From Eubacteriales bacterium (GTDB lineage: Bacteria; Bacillota; Clostridia; Christensenellales; CAG-138): a DNA stretch of 64,000 bases. The notes under the pieces were generated by a model. It saw nothing but the letters and a program-made list of their open reading frames with translations. It made no database searches and had not been told where the DNA came from. Position numbers and translations under genes: made by a program. Position 1 is the first letter of the stretch. Each line of letters starts with the position of its first letter. Positions 26,209 to 35,178 of the stretch are shown piece after piece. The DNA is taken from contig JAYFNY010000044.1 in the NCBI GenBank assembly GCA_034933205.1, positions 19,564-83,563 of the forward strand. Reading direction: 5' to 3'.

Positions 26209-26684
26209 TCCATCTGCTCCTGTTCCTCGGAATAACCTTCCGGCGGGTCTGTTTTTTTCGTCAGGTAAACGACGCCGTCGAGATGATCCAGTTCATGCTG
26301 AACCGCGCGCGCGAAAAAATCTTTCGTATCGTATGTATGGAGCACGCCATGCCGGTCTTTGCCTTCCACAACAACATGGTCGGCACGCTCGACATAGCCG
26401 TGCTGGCCCGGAAAAGAAAGGCAGCCTTCGTATCCGCCCTGATTTCCTTCCTGCAATAAAATGCGAGGATTGATCAACTCCACTTTGCCTTCGCCGGCGT
26501 CGATTACGACAACGCGCCGTAGAATACCGACCTGCGGTGCGGCAAGGCCGGCGCCATCCGCCGCCTGCATGGTTTCGAACATATCGTCGATGAGATCGGC
26601 AAGGCGTCCATCAAATTTTTCGACGGGCCTGCAGATTTTATAAAGGCACGGATCATCGTCCGTGCGGATTGTACGTAATGCCAT
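26205..26684 (-). CDS. def: peptide deformylase
   Basis: GAGLAAPQVG, EGCLSFPG and HELDHL motifs. Confidence 0.95.
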   Translation of the reverse strand: MALRTIRTDDDPCLYKICRPVEKFDGRLADLIDDMFETMQAADGAGLAAPQVGILRRVVVIDAGEGKVELINPRILLQEGNQGGYEGCLSFPGQHGYVERADHVVVEGKDRHGVLHTYDTKDFFARAVQHELDHLDGVVYLTKKTDPPEGYSEEQEQME

Positions 26685-26714
26685 AGGAATAACCTCCTTT
26701 ATTCAACCAATGGT

Positions 26715-26743
26715 ATTGTACTAGAAATGTACGGTGCTGTAAA
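26715..26743 (-). promoter_or_regulatory. putative def-fmt operon promoter TTTACA-17-TACAAT
   Basis: Read on the minus strand, about 30 nt upstream of the AAGGAGG SD of def. Confidence 0.5.
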
Positions 26744-26867
26744 GAAAAGCAGCGGTTGAGTAAAAATCTACTATTGGTTGATTCGGTTTTCAAAACTCGA
26801 AAAACAGGCTATGTTCAAGGGTTTCTCTCTGTGCAATAATAAAACCATGAAAGAGAGGGAGTATGAA

Positions 26868-27872
26868 ATGGAACAGCAATCAATGGGAAAGCGCATCGTA
26901 CAGTTACGAAAAGAAAAAGGGTACACACAGGAACAGCTCGCGGAGCTTGTCGGGGTTTCCGCTCAGGCAGTGAGCAAATGGGAAAACGACGTTTCCTGCC
27001 CGGATATTTCAATTTTGCCGCAACTGGCGGACGTGCTTGGCGTTTCGACCGACGAACTGCTTGGTGTGAAACCAATTGAACCGAAAGTAGTCATCGTGGA
27101 TTCGCAGAAGAATAATAAGGAAGACGACGGAAAATTCTCTGTTTCCTGGGACGGTGGGAAAACGGCAAAGAAGGACGGAATCTGGTTTGCCGTGCTTGTA
27201 ATCGTGCTGGGCGCAGCGTTCTTGATTCAGCGCGTAGGGAATCTATCCTTTGGGATTTGGGGTATCGTATGGCCTGCCGTTATGATTGGACTCGGCATCA
27301 GTTGGATGGTCAAGCGGTTTTCCGTCTTCAGTCTGGCGGTAGCCGGGCTTGGATTATATTTTCTGCTTTTCAACCTTGGCGAAGTCACCTTCGTTCTTAC
27401 CTGGAGCGTAATTTGGCCGAGCCTGCTTGTTCTTCTCGGACTGTCGATCCTTTATGAAGCGCTGGTTCCCCATAAGCACGGCCTTTGTGGTCTGAATGTC
27501 CATGGAAATCGCGAAAAACAGAACACCTATTCGGAAACGAACGATTTTATCCGGTATGAGTTAACGTTTGGTGAGGAGAACCGTCGTTTTGCGGCTGAAC
27601 GGCTGATGGGAGGGGATGTCGACGTATCGTTTGGGAAGAGTGAGCTGGACCTCACCGGGATCAAACACGTGGATGCGAATGCGAAACTGAACGCAGACGT
27701 TTCGTTCGGCACACTCGAACTGATTATTCCCAGAACGATTCGTCTTCATATCGCATCCGACAAGTCGTTTGGTTCCATTCAGGTCAGCGGCGAGCCAAAC
27801 GCGGATGCCTCCGAAACTCTGTTGCTCAACGGAGACGTTTCCTTTGGAACAATGAACGTACATTACCGCTAA
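26868..27872 (+). CDS. membrane-anchored XRE-family HTH protein with LiaF-like C-terminal domain
   Basis: Start at MEQQSMGKRIVQLRKEKGYTQEQLAELVGVSAQAVSKWEN (HTH_3) after GGGAG plus 6 nt. Four predicted TM helices. C-terminal triple repeat DVSFGxxEL/NV. Confidence 0.7.
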   Translation: MEQQSMGKRIVQLRKEKGYTQEQLAELVGVSAQAVSKWENDVSCPDISILPQLADVLGVSTDELLGVKPIEPKVVIVDSQKNNKEDDGKFSVSWDGGKTAKKDGIWFAVLVIVLGAAFLIQRVGNLSFGIWGIVWPAVMIGLGISWMVKRFSVFSLAVAGLGLYFLLFNLGEVTFVLTWSVIWPSLLVLLGLSILYEALVPHKHGLCGLNVHGNREKQNTYSETNDFIRYELTFGEENRRFAAERLMGGDVDVSFGKSELDLTGIKHVDANAKLNADVSFGTLELIIPRTIRLHIASDKSFGSIQVSGEPNADASETLLLNGDVSFGTMNVHYR

Positions 27873-27884
27873 ACGGCAAGAATA

Positions 27885-27921
27885 AGCGCCGCATGGATTT
27901 CTTGTCCATGCGGCGCTTTTC
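27885..27921. terminator. bidirectional terminator between the XRE gene and the tauE-family gene
   Basis: agcgccgcatgga-tttcttg-tccatgcggcgct followed by tttt. Confidence 0.8.
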
Positions 27922-27923
27922 AA

Positions 27924-28691
27924 TTAGGCGACTACCAGATCGTAAATCAATCGGATCAGAAGTAACCCGAGAACGGTGAGAACGAACGGTTTTACGATCT
28001 TTCCGCCGTTTTTCAATAGGAGACCGGCGCCCAGGAAGTGGCCGCAAATTGCGAACAGCGCTGCGATGAGTCCAACAGGGACGATTGCCTGACCGTTTAT
28101 CAGAAAAATGACAAGGCTGCCGATATTGCTGGAAAGATTTGCAATCTTAACATTGCCCGCTGCGAGACGCAGGGGAAGCTTTACCAGCTGCGTATATGCC
28201 AAAAGTAAAAGCGTACCGGTGCCAGGGCCATAAAACCCGTCGTACATCCCAATGACAATTGAAACGAAGCACACGATCAGAATTTGTTTGCGTCGGCTGA
28301 TTGGAACGACCGACGGTTCATCCAGATTCCGTTTGCGAAGGACTACGACGGCAAGCAGCGGTATAAGCGCAAGCATGATGTATCGAATCACGTTATCGTC
28401 GATCGCGAGTACGAGGTTCGCTCCCGCGACGGAACCAAGGATCGCAAGCAGGGAGGAAGGAACGGCAGTTGCCCAGTCCACGCACTTATTCCGGATGAAA
28501 CGGGCAGTCGAGGCGACGGTCCCGATGCTGCTGGAAAGCTTATTGGTTGCAATGGCGTTATGTGGCGGCAGTCCGGCAATCAGATAGGCCGGAAGTGAAA
28601 TAAGCCCTCCGCCGCCCGCTACCGCGTCGAGTAAGCTTCCCGCGAAGACAAGAGGGCAAATAACCAATAGGGACCAATATGAAATCGTCAC
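27924..28691 (-). CDS. TauE/SafE-family anion (sulfite/organosulfonate) exporter
   Basis: 255 aa polytopic membrane protein. GGGGLISLP motif near the N-terminus and a repeated half. GTG start overlaps the upstream ABC stop (GTGA). Confidence 0.75.
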   Translation of the reverse strand: MTISYWSLLVICPLVFAGSLLDAVAGGGGLISLPAYLIAGLPPHNAIATNKLSSSIGTVASTARFIRNKCVDWATAVPSSLLAILGSVAGANLVLAIDDNVIRYIMLALIPLLAVVVLRKRNLDEPSVVPISRRKQILIVCFVSIVIGMYDGFYGPGTGTLLLLAYTQLVKLPLRLAAGNVKIANLSSNIGSLVIFLINGQAIVPVGLIAALFAICGHFLGAGLLLKNGGKIVKPFVLTVLGLLLIRLIYDLVVA

Positions 28692-30556
28692 GCTTCAGCG
28701 TTTCCTTCCTGCGTTCCCCCAAGCGATTCCGCCGTTCGATCCTCACAGAATTGCTGGGTGTAGAGATCATAATAATATCCGTGCAATTTAAGAAGTTCTT
28801 CGTGAGTGCCGCGTTCCTGAATGCTTCCGTTGCGGATTACAAGAATTTGATCCGCCGTTCGGATGGTGGATAGGCGGTGGGCGACGATGAAACTGGTTCG
28901 ATCCTTCAGAATATGTGTGATTGCGTTCTGAATCAGCTGTTCTGTTTCCGTGTCGATGGAGCTCGTCGCTTCGTCTAAAACAAAAATACGAGGATCTTTC
29001 AGCACCACACGCGCAAACGAAAGCAATTGTTTCTGGCCGGTGGAAAGGCGGGCACCGCTCTCGCCAATCTCGGTTTCATAGCCCTTTTCCTGTGCGAGAA
29101 TGAAGGGTTCCGCATGGACAAGGCGAGCCGCCCGGCGGATTTCTTCCTCTGTCGCATCGGGTTTCCCAAAGCGAATATTGTCCCGAATTGTTCCGGAAAA
29201 CAGATGCGGCGTTTGAAGTACGTAACCGAGATTGCTTTGCAGCCAGAGCTGCGTCCTCTCCCGGTAGTCCACTCCGTCGATACGAATGGAACCCTCCGTC
29301 GGTTCGTAGAAACGGCAAAGCAGGTTAACGATGGTGCTTTTTCCGGCACCGGTTTCGCCGACGAGCGCGATTGTTTCGCCCGCTTTGACGTCCATCGAAA
29401 AATCGTTGAGTACGCGCTCGCCGTTTTTATACTGGAACGTAACATGGTCAAACGTGACGTGGCCCGTAATCGGTTCCCAGTTTTCCGGATGGGGTGTTAA
29501 AATATCACCGTACTTTGCAAGGATCTCCGGACGATCCGTTATATCCGGCTCCGTATTCATCAGCGAAATGACTCGCTCGGCCGAGGCCTGCGCACCGAGC
29601 ATTTCCGCAAGGATATTCGCAAGCTGCTGGATTGGATCGAATAACTGCGTACAGTAGGTGATGAAAGCAACGAGAGTACCTGCCGAAATCGCCCCGATGA
29701 ACGCGGTTTCCGGGTTAAGAACGCCCGCTCCGCCAAGCGTCAGCGCGAGTGCGGTGCCAATTGCGCCAAGCGACATGATAATGGGAAAAAACGAGGCGGA
29801 GACAAGTGCGCTTTTAATGCTGGCTTGCTTCATTTTACCGGTCAGTTCGTTGAACTCACTCGCGTTCGCTTCTTCCCGAACAAGCGTTTTTGTGGTGACA
29901 GCACCCATGATTCCCTCGTTGAATGCGCCCGTGATCCTGGAGTTGAGCTTGCGCGCTTCACGCTGATGTTTCAGCATGCGCGCTTGCAAACGAATACTGA
30001 TGTAGATCAAAAGCGGAAGAACCGCCAAAGAAATCAGCGCGAGTTTCCAGGAAAGCGTAAACATGGTAATTACGCAGCCAATGGAAAAAAACAGCGACCA
30101 GAGTACGTCGACAAGGCTCCACGCGATCATGTCCGAAAGTCTCGATATATCGGACATCATGCGTGCCATAATGTAACCCACCGCCGTTCGGTCGTAAAAC
30201 GAGAACGAAAGCTCCTGCAAGCGCAAAAACGCATCCTGCCGAATCGCATAAGCAATCTTCATTTCCAGCTGCCCCGCGCAGGTGATAAATGTAATCACGC
30301 CGGAACCCTGAACGAGAATGAGAACAGCGTAGAGCACGGAAAAACGACCCAGTCCGTTCAGCGATCGCGGCACGACGAAATGATCGATGGCATAGCTGGT
30401 AAACAGCGGGTAGGCAATGTCGATCAGCGCAACAAAAATCAGCGCTGCGATCACGGTAAAAAACAATCCCTTATTTTTAAGCGCGTAGCGGTAGAGGCGC
30501 TTCCAAACGCCCCAGTCGATCCGCTTTGCGGCAAAATCCTGTTCTTCAATATACAT
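28688..30556 (-). CDS. ABC exporter permease/ATPase, consensus-site half of a heterodimer
   Basis: 622 aa, 6-TM domain plus NBD. Walker A GETGAGKST, Walker B IFVLDEAT, deviant signature LSTGQ, H-loop VAHRL. Confidence 0.9.
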   Translation of the reverse strand: MYIEEQDFAAKRIDWGVWKRLYRYALKNKGLFFTVIAALIFVALIDIAYPLFTSYAIDHFVVPRSLNGLGRFSVLYAVLILVQGSGVITFITCAGQLEMKIAYAIRQDAFLRLQELSFSFYDRTAVGYIMARMMSDISRLSDMIAWSLVDVLWSLFFSIGCVITMFTLSWKLALISLAVLPLLIYISIRLQARMLKHQREARKLNSRITGAFNEGIMGAVTTKTLVREEANASEFNELTGKMKQASIKSALVSASFFPIIMSLGAIGTALALTLGGAGVLNPETAFIGAISAGTLVAFITYCTQLFDPIQQLANILAEMLGAQASAERVISLMNTEPDITDRPEILAKYGDILTPHPENWEPITGHVTFDHVTFQYKNGERVLNDFSMDVKAGETIALVGETGAGKSTIVNLLCRFYEPTEGSIRIDGVDYRERTQLWLQSNLGYVLQTPHLFSGTIRDNIRFGKPDATEEEIRRAARLVHAEPFILAQEKGYETEIGESGARLSTGQKQLLSFARVVLKDPRIFVLDEATSSIDTETEQLIQNAITHILKDRTSFIVAHRLSTIRTADQILVIRNGSIQERGTHEELLKLHGYYYDLYTQQFCEDRTAESLGGTQEGNAEA

Positions 30557-30559
30557 AAT

Positions 30560-32422
30560 TTACTCGCCTCCTTCCGAGAGAGCGTCCTGAATTTCGGCTA
30601 TTCTCCGGTATAGGCCCTCTTGACGGACCAATTCCGCATGCGTTCCTTGCTGGGTGATGCGTCCGTTTTCCAGAACGAGAATCGTATCCGCTTCACGCAA
30701 CGTTGTAATCCGGTGAGAAATCAGGAAGGTGATCCCACTGCGATTCAGGGAAAACAGCGATTTACGGATCGCCGCGTCCGTTTCCGAGTCCACGGCGCTC
30801 ATGGAATCGTCAAAGATCAGAATCGGCGCATGTTGCATCAGCGTACGCGCAATGGCGACGCGCTGCTGCTGTCCGCCGGAGAGCGTTACGCCGCGCTCGC
30901 CGACCAGCGTTCCATAGCCTTTTTCAAACGATTCGATTACGTCGTGCACGCTGGCGATCCGTGCGGCGCGATAAACGTCCTCGTCGGTTGCGCAGGGTGC
31001 GCAGATACGGATATTCTCCAGAATCGTTCGGGAATAAAGGAACGGTTCCTGCAACACAATGCCGATGTTGCGGCGCAGATGATCGTGTGCAATGTCGTTT
31101 ACATCCGTTCCGGCAATGGTCAGGTTTCCCTTCGTCCGCGGATAAAGACGCTGGAGTAGCTGCACAAGGCTGGTTTTTCCGGAACCGGTCGCGCCAAGGA
31201 TAGCGATGGTTTGCCCCGGTTTCGCCGTAAAGCTTACCCCGTCGAGCACATCGTTGTAACGCTCGTATCCGAAACATACGTGGTCAAACACAATATCGCC
31301 CGTTAGGTCCGGTTCCAGCGCCTTGCCCGGTTCGGTCTCTACCGGTGCGGAAAGGATTTCGTCGAGTCGGCCAAACGATACGGCGGCTTTTCCCATATCC
31401 GCGAGAATACGTCCGAGTTGACGGACCGGCCAGGTAAGCATTGCAACATACGTTGTAAAAAGCGCGATGTTGCCAAGCGTAAATGTCCCCCGATAAACGG
31501 CGATTACCCCAACGCAGAGCGAAATCGCAATCTGAAGGTAACCTACGCTGTCCGACATGCCCCAGTAAAAACCGAGCAGGCGGATCAGCTTGTAGGTTTT
31601 ATCGCGAAATTCGGCGTTAAGCTTCGTAAATTTGTCGATCTCGCTCTTTTGCTGGCCGAACGCACGGACTACACGCATGCCGGTCAGGTTTTCCTGCAGC
31701 ATGGTCGAAAGCGCGCCTTCCGCTTCGTCGGACGCGGTAAAGTACTTTCGCACATACTGGAAGTAGATGAACGAGCTGAGCGTCAATATCGGCAGAAACG
31801 CCATGGAGATCAGCGTCATTTTCACATTGATGGAAAACATGACGACTGCGGCCAGCGCAAACATGACGACCGTACGGACGATCTCCATCAGCTGCAGCTG
31901 AATGAAACGGCGGACCGTATCCACATCCGACGTGCAGCGCTGCACTAAATCGCCCGTTCTCGCATGCTTATGATAGTCGTAGGGAACGTCCTCCAGATGA
32001 CGATAGAGCCGGTCGCGCATGGATTTTGCCATACCTTCCGAGGCGACGGCGATATTCTGGCGCCTTGTATAGGTGAAAAGGCAGTTTAGTCCGGTAAAAA
32101 CGAACAGCGCGATCCCGCAGAGATAGAGATTTTTTGCAAAAAAAGACCGGCCACCGAGCAAGTTAATCCAAGGAAGCAGGAACGCGGGCGTAGACCGATC
32201 CGTTCCCTGTATTACGTAATCAAGTGTGAAGCTGGTTACATAGGGCACCGCGTAAGAAAACGCGGTGGAGAGGAGTACGCTCAAAGTGGCAAGTACGATA
32301 TTATGCCGGAAACCGTGAAGAATTTCTGACGCGAGTTTCCAGTTTACGGGTCTGCGTTCGGTTTCGGTTGATACTTTCTCTTTGATTTCACGTTTGGATT
32401 TCTTTTTATCTGCATTCTTCAT
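30560..32422 (-). CDS. ABC exporter permease/ATPase, degenerate-site half of a heterodimer
   Basis: 620 aa. Walker A GATGSGKTS, canonical signature LSGGQQQR, Walker B ILIFDDS (Asp replaces the catalytic Glu). Stop lies 3 nt before the partner ATG. Confidence 0.9.
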   Translation of the reverse strand: MKNADKKKSKREIKEKVSTETERRPVNWKLASEILHGFRHNIVLATLSVLLSTAFSYAVPYVTSFTLDYVIQGTDRSTPAFLLPWINLLGGRSFFAKNLYLCGIALFVFTGLNCLFTYTRRQNIAVASEGMAKSMRDRLYRHLEDVPYDYHKHARTGDLVQRCTSDVDTVRRFIQLQLMEIVRTVVMFALAAVVMFSINVKMTLISMAFLPILTLSSFIYFQYVRKYFTASDEAEGALSTMLQENLTGMRVVRAFGQQKSEIDKFTKLNAEFRDKTYKLIRLLGFYWGMSDSVGYLQIAISLCVGVIAVYRGTFTLGNIALFTTYVAMLTWPVRQLGRILADMGKAAVSFGRLDEILSAPVETEPGKALEPDLTGDIVFDHVCFGYERYNDVLDGVSFTAKPGQTIAILGATGSGKTSLVQLLQRLYPRTKGNLTIAGTDVNDIAHDHLRRNIGIVLQEPFLYSRTILENIRICAPCATDEDVYRAARIASVHDVIESFEKGYGTLVGERGVTLSGGQQQRVAIARTLMQHAPILIFDDSMSAVDSETDAAIRKSLFSLNRSGITFLISHRITTLREADTILVLENGRITQQGTHAELVRQEGLYRRIAEIQDALSEGGE

Positions 32423-32482
32423 AAATCATCCTGTAGGTTCGCGGGATTCATCGGTTGTTTGCGATCGCGCGAATGCATGGCC

Positions 32483-34780
32483 TTATAGCATATCCTGCGG
32501 ATTCACTTCGATCATGGCAAACAGCTCGTTTCGATGGTCTCCGGCGAACGTATAAATCGTTTGGATCGCGCTGCTGAGTCGCGCCGTGCGAAGCAGTTTG
32601 ATCAGTATTTGGTAACGGTATGCGCGCTGTTTCCGGCGGATTGGCGCTGGAGAAGCGCTGTAGAGTAAAAGATCGCGCTCGCCTGCTTTTCCAAGGCGTT
32701 CGTCGAGAACTGATTTCAACTCGTCGGAGTATTTGGATACGCCGTCGGAAAGCAAGGTCTCGTCGTCGCCGGAAAACAAGATGCGAACGAACAGCGAAAA
32801 CGGCGGGAAAACAGCTTTTTTTCGCTGTTCAAGCTCGTAGGTGAAAAAGCTCTTGTAATCGTGATTTTTTGCAAATCGTATAGCAGGATGCGCGGGGGAA
32901 TAGGTTTGAATCACAACCTTGCCGGGGATTTCATCCCTTCCGGCACGTCCGGCGACCTGCGTGAGTAACTGAAAGGTCCGTTCCGTGCTGCGGTAATCGG
33001 GAATCATCAGCGTTGCGTCGGCGGCAACCACGCCGACCAGCGTAACATTTGGAAAATCGTGTCCTTTGGCGATCATTTGCGTACCGACGAGGAATTGCGC
33101 CTCGCCTTTTGCAAAAGCGCCTAGCATTTGCTGCATCGAATCCTTTGTGCGGATCGTGTCCGTATCCATGCGAAGGGTAACGGCCTTCGGGAACAGGGTG
33201 TGCAGCTGTTCTTCCACCTGCTCCGTACCTACGCCGAAATACTTGATGAACGGTTTATGGCAAACGGGGCAGACATGGGGCAATGGCTTGACCGATCCGC
33301 AGAAGTGGCAGCGTAGCCGGTTTTCTCCCTTATGGTAGGTCATGGAGATATCGCAATCGTCGCACAATACGACGTGCCCGCAGTTGCGGCAGGAAACGAA
33401 GGTGGAGTAGCCGCGCCGGTTGATAAACAGCATGGCCTGACGACCGTTCTGGTAACACTCGTCGAGTAACGTGACGAGTCTGCCGCTGAAAATTTCGTTA
33501 TTCCCCGCCTGAAACTCCTCCCGCATATCGACGATCTCAACATGGGGCAACGGGCGGTTCTGAACGCGTTCAGGAAGTTCCAGAAGCTGGTAACGGCCCG
33601 AAAGTGCGCGATAGTAGGAAAGAAGAGAGGGGGTCGCGCTGCCGAGTAGCAGCGGAGCGCAAAACTGCTTGGCGCGGTAGGCGGCGACTTCCAGCGCACC
33701 GTATCGCGGACTGGTTTCGCTCTGATAGCTTCCTTCGTGCTCTTCGTCTACGATAATGAGACCAACGTTCTGCATCGGCGCAAAAATCGCGCTGCGGGCG
33801 CCAACAGCGACGCGCGCCTTGCCCAGACGGATTCTGCGCCACTCGTCGAATCGTTCCCCTGCGGAAAGGCGGCTGTGGAGCACGGCGATTCCATCCGAAA
33901 ACCGTTCTTGAAAAAGACCTACGGTCTGCGGTGTGAGCGAGATTTCCGGCACGAGCATGATCGCTTGCCTGCTTTCGGAAAGGCAGCGCTCAATGGCGTG
34001 CATATACACCTCGGTTTTTCCGCTTCCGGTCACACCATGCAGCAGCAGAGTGCCGCTTTTTTGATCCATGGCGGCGGATATGGCATCTACGGCATGCTGC
34101 TGCGCAGAGTTCAGTGTAACGTGTTTATCGTCTGTCAGCGCCGTAATATTCGGCCGGCGAAAGGTAACGTGTCCGTCCTCGACGACATAACCCTTTTTCA
34201 CCAACGCACGAATTGCACCCAGCGAATCCGGCACGAATGCCAGCACGTCGCCAAGGGACATTTCCAAGCCGCATTCGATCAGCGTTTTCAGTACTTCAAC
34301 CTGTTTGGGTGCGCGCGGATTGCCGTTTTTATCGAGGAGCGTCTGAAGCTGCGCAACCGCCGCGTCGGGCTCCGCAAGCCGAAGGGTGCGTTCCACCTTT
34401 TCTTTGACTTTGCCGCCGCGCAACTGGGAAGGGACCATGAGCCGAAGCGCGTCCACGAGCAGGCAGTAATAACTCTTTTGAATCCAGAATGCGAGGTCGA
34501 TCTGCTCCGGCGTCAGGATCGGGTAGGGTTCGATAACGCGCAGAACTCGTTTGAGTACCGGGGCGTTTTCGGACTGGAGCAATTGACTGTCATCTGAAAC
34601 GGGTTCCTGCATGCGGATGACGAACCCTTCTCGCTGACGATTGCCGCTGCCAAACGGCACAAGAACATGACTGCCGGGAAGGACGGGCATGCCTTCGGGC
34701 ACAAGATAGCTATAGAGGCGATCCACATTTGCGTGCGCAATATCGACAATGACTTCGCAGATTTGTTCCATGCCGTTCAC
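32483..34780 (-). CDS. priA: primosomal replication restart helicase PriA
   Basis: 765 aa. Walker A GVTGSGKTEVY, DEEH box, Cys-rich zinc region (CRNCGH..CDDC..CHFCG..CPVC). Confidence 0.9.
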   Translation of the reverse strand: MNGMEQICEVIVDIAHANVDRLYSYLVPEGMPVLPGSHVLVPFGSGNRQREGFVIRMQEPVSDDSQLLQSENAPVLKRVLRVIEPYPILTPEQIDLAFWIQKSYYCLLVDALRLMVPSQLRGGKVKEKVERTLRLAEPDAAVAQLQTLLDKNGNPRAPKQVEVLKTLIECGLEMSLGDVLAFVPDSLGAIRALVKKGYVVEDGHVTFRRPNITALTDDKHVTLNSAQQHAVDAISAAMDQKSGTLLLHGVTGSGKTEVYMHAIERCLSESRQAIMLVPEISLTPQTVGLFQERFSDGIAVLHSRLSAGERFDEWRRIRLGKARVAVGARSAIFAPMQNVGLIIVDEEHEGSYQSETSPRYGALEVAAYRAKQFCAPLLLGSATPSLLSYYRALSGRYQLLELPERVQNRPLPHVEIVDMREEFQAGNNEIFSGRLVTLLDECYQNGRQAMLFINRRGYSTFVSCRNCGHVVLCDDCDISMTYHKGENRLRCHFCGSVKPLPHVCPVCHKPFIKYFGVGTEQVEEQLHTLFPKAVTLRMDTDTIRTKDSMQQMLGAFAKGEAQFLVGTQMIAKGHDFPNVTLVGVVAADATLMIPDYRSTERTFQLLTQVAGRAGRDEIPGKVVIQTYSPAHPAIRFAKNHDYKSFFTYELEQRKKAVFPPFSLFVRILFSGDDETLLSDGVSKYSDELKSVLDERLGKAGERDLLLYSASPAPIRRKQRAYRYQILIKLLRTARLSSAIQTIYTFAGDHRNELFAMIEVNPQDML

Positions 34781-34977
34781 CTCCTAAGCCAGACTGCGCG
34801 TAATCGCGCTGTTCCGTGTATTTCAGATCGGTTTTCGAGTTGAGCCAAAACCGCAAATAGCCCGCAAGCGGGCCAGTGCAAGTCGAAAGCGCAACGGAAT
34901 CAAACCGGGCGGATTCGGCAAGAATTCATATCATATCGTATGCGTACGGGAATGACGTTCCCGCAAAATAACGGGGG

Positions 34978-35178
34978 TCAGTCCTGATAGAATTCCTTCG
35001 GATATTCCAGATTCAGCTCGTCGTGATAGAGTTGATCGACCGCAACGGAAACAGGTTTGCGTCCGCCGAGCTTTTCGGGGTCCGACTGCAATTGGCGCGC
35101 TCTCTGCGCTACGGCGGTCACCAGCATATAGCGGCACCCCGCCTTCTCAATCAGTTCGTTCAAAGGAAGATTCATCAT
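34978..35178 (-). CDS. rpoZ: DNA-directed RNA polymerase subunit omega
   Basis: 66 aa (RYMLVTAVAQRARQL). Start overlaps the gmk stop. Confidence 0.8.
   Translation of the reverse strand: MMNLPLNELIEKAGCRYMLVTAVAQRARQLQSDPEKLGGRKPVSVAVDQLYHDELNLEYPKEFYQD

Noticed and set aside
34781-34977. GC-rich hairpins (gcccgcttgcgggc and cgggaacgtcattcccg on the minus strand) between rpoZ and priA, considered as an ncRNA or riboswitch.
   Set aside because: They are short stems without conserved motifs I recognise. More likely they form a weak rpoZ terminator or attenuator where coaBC would normally sit. This is noted under the synteny finding only.
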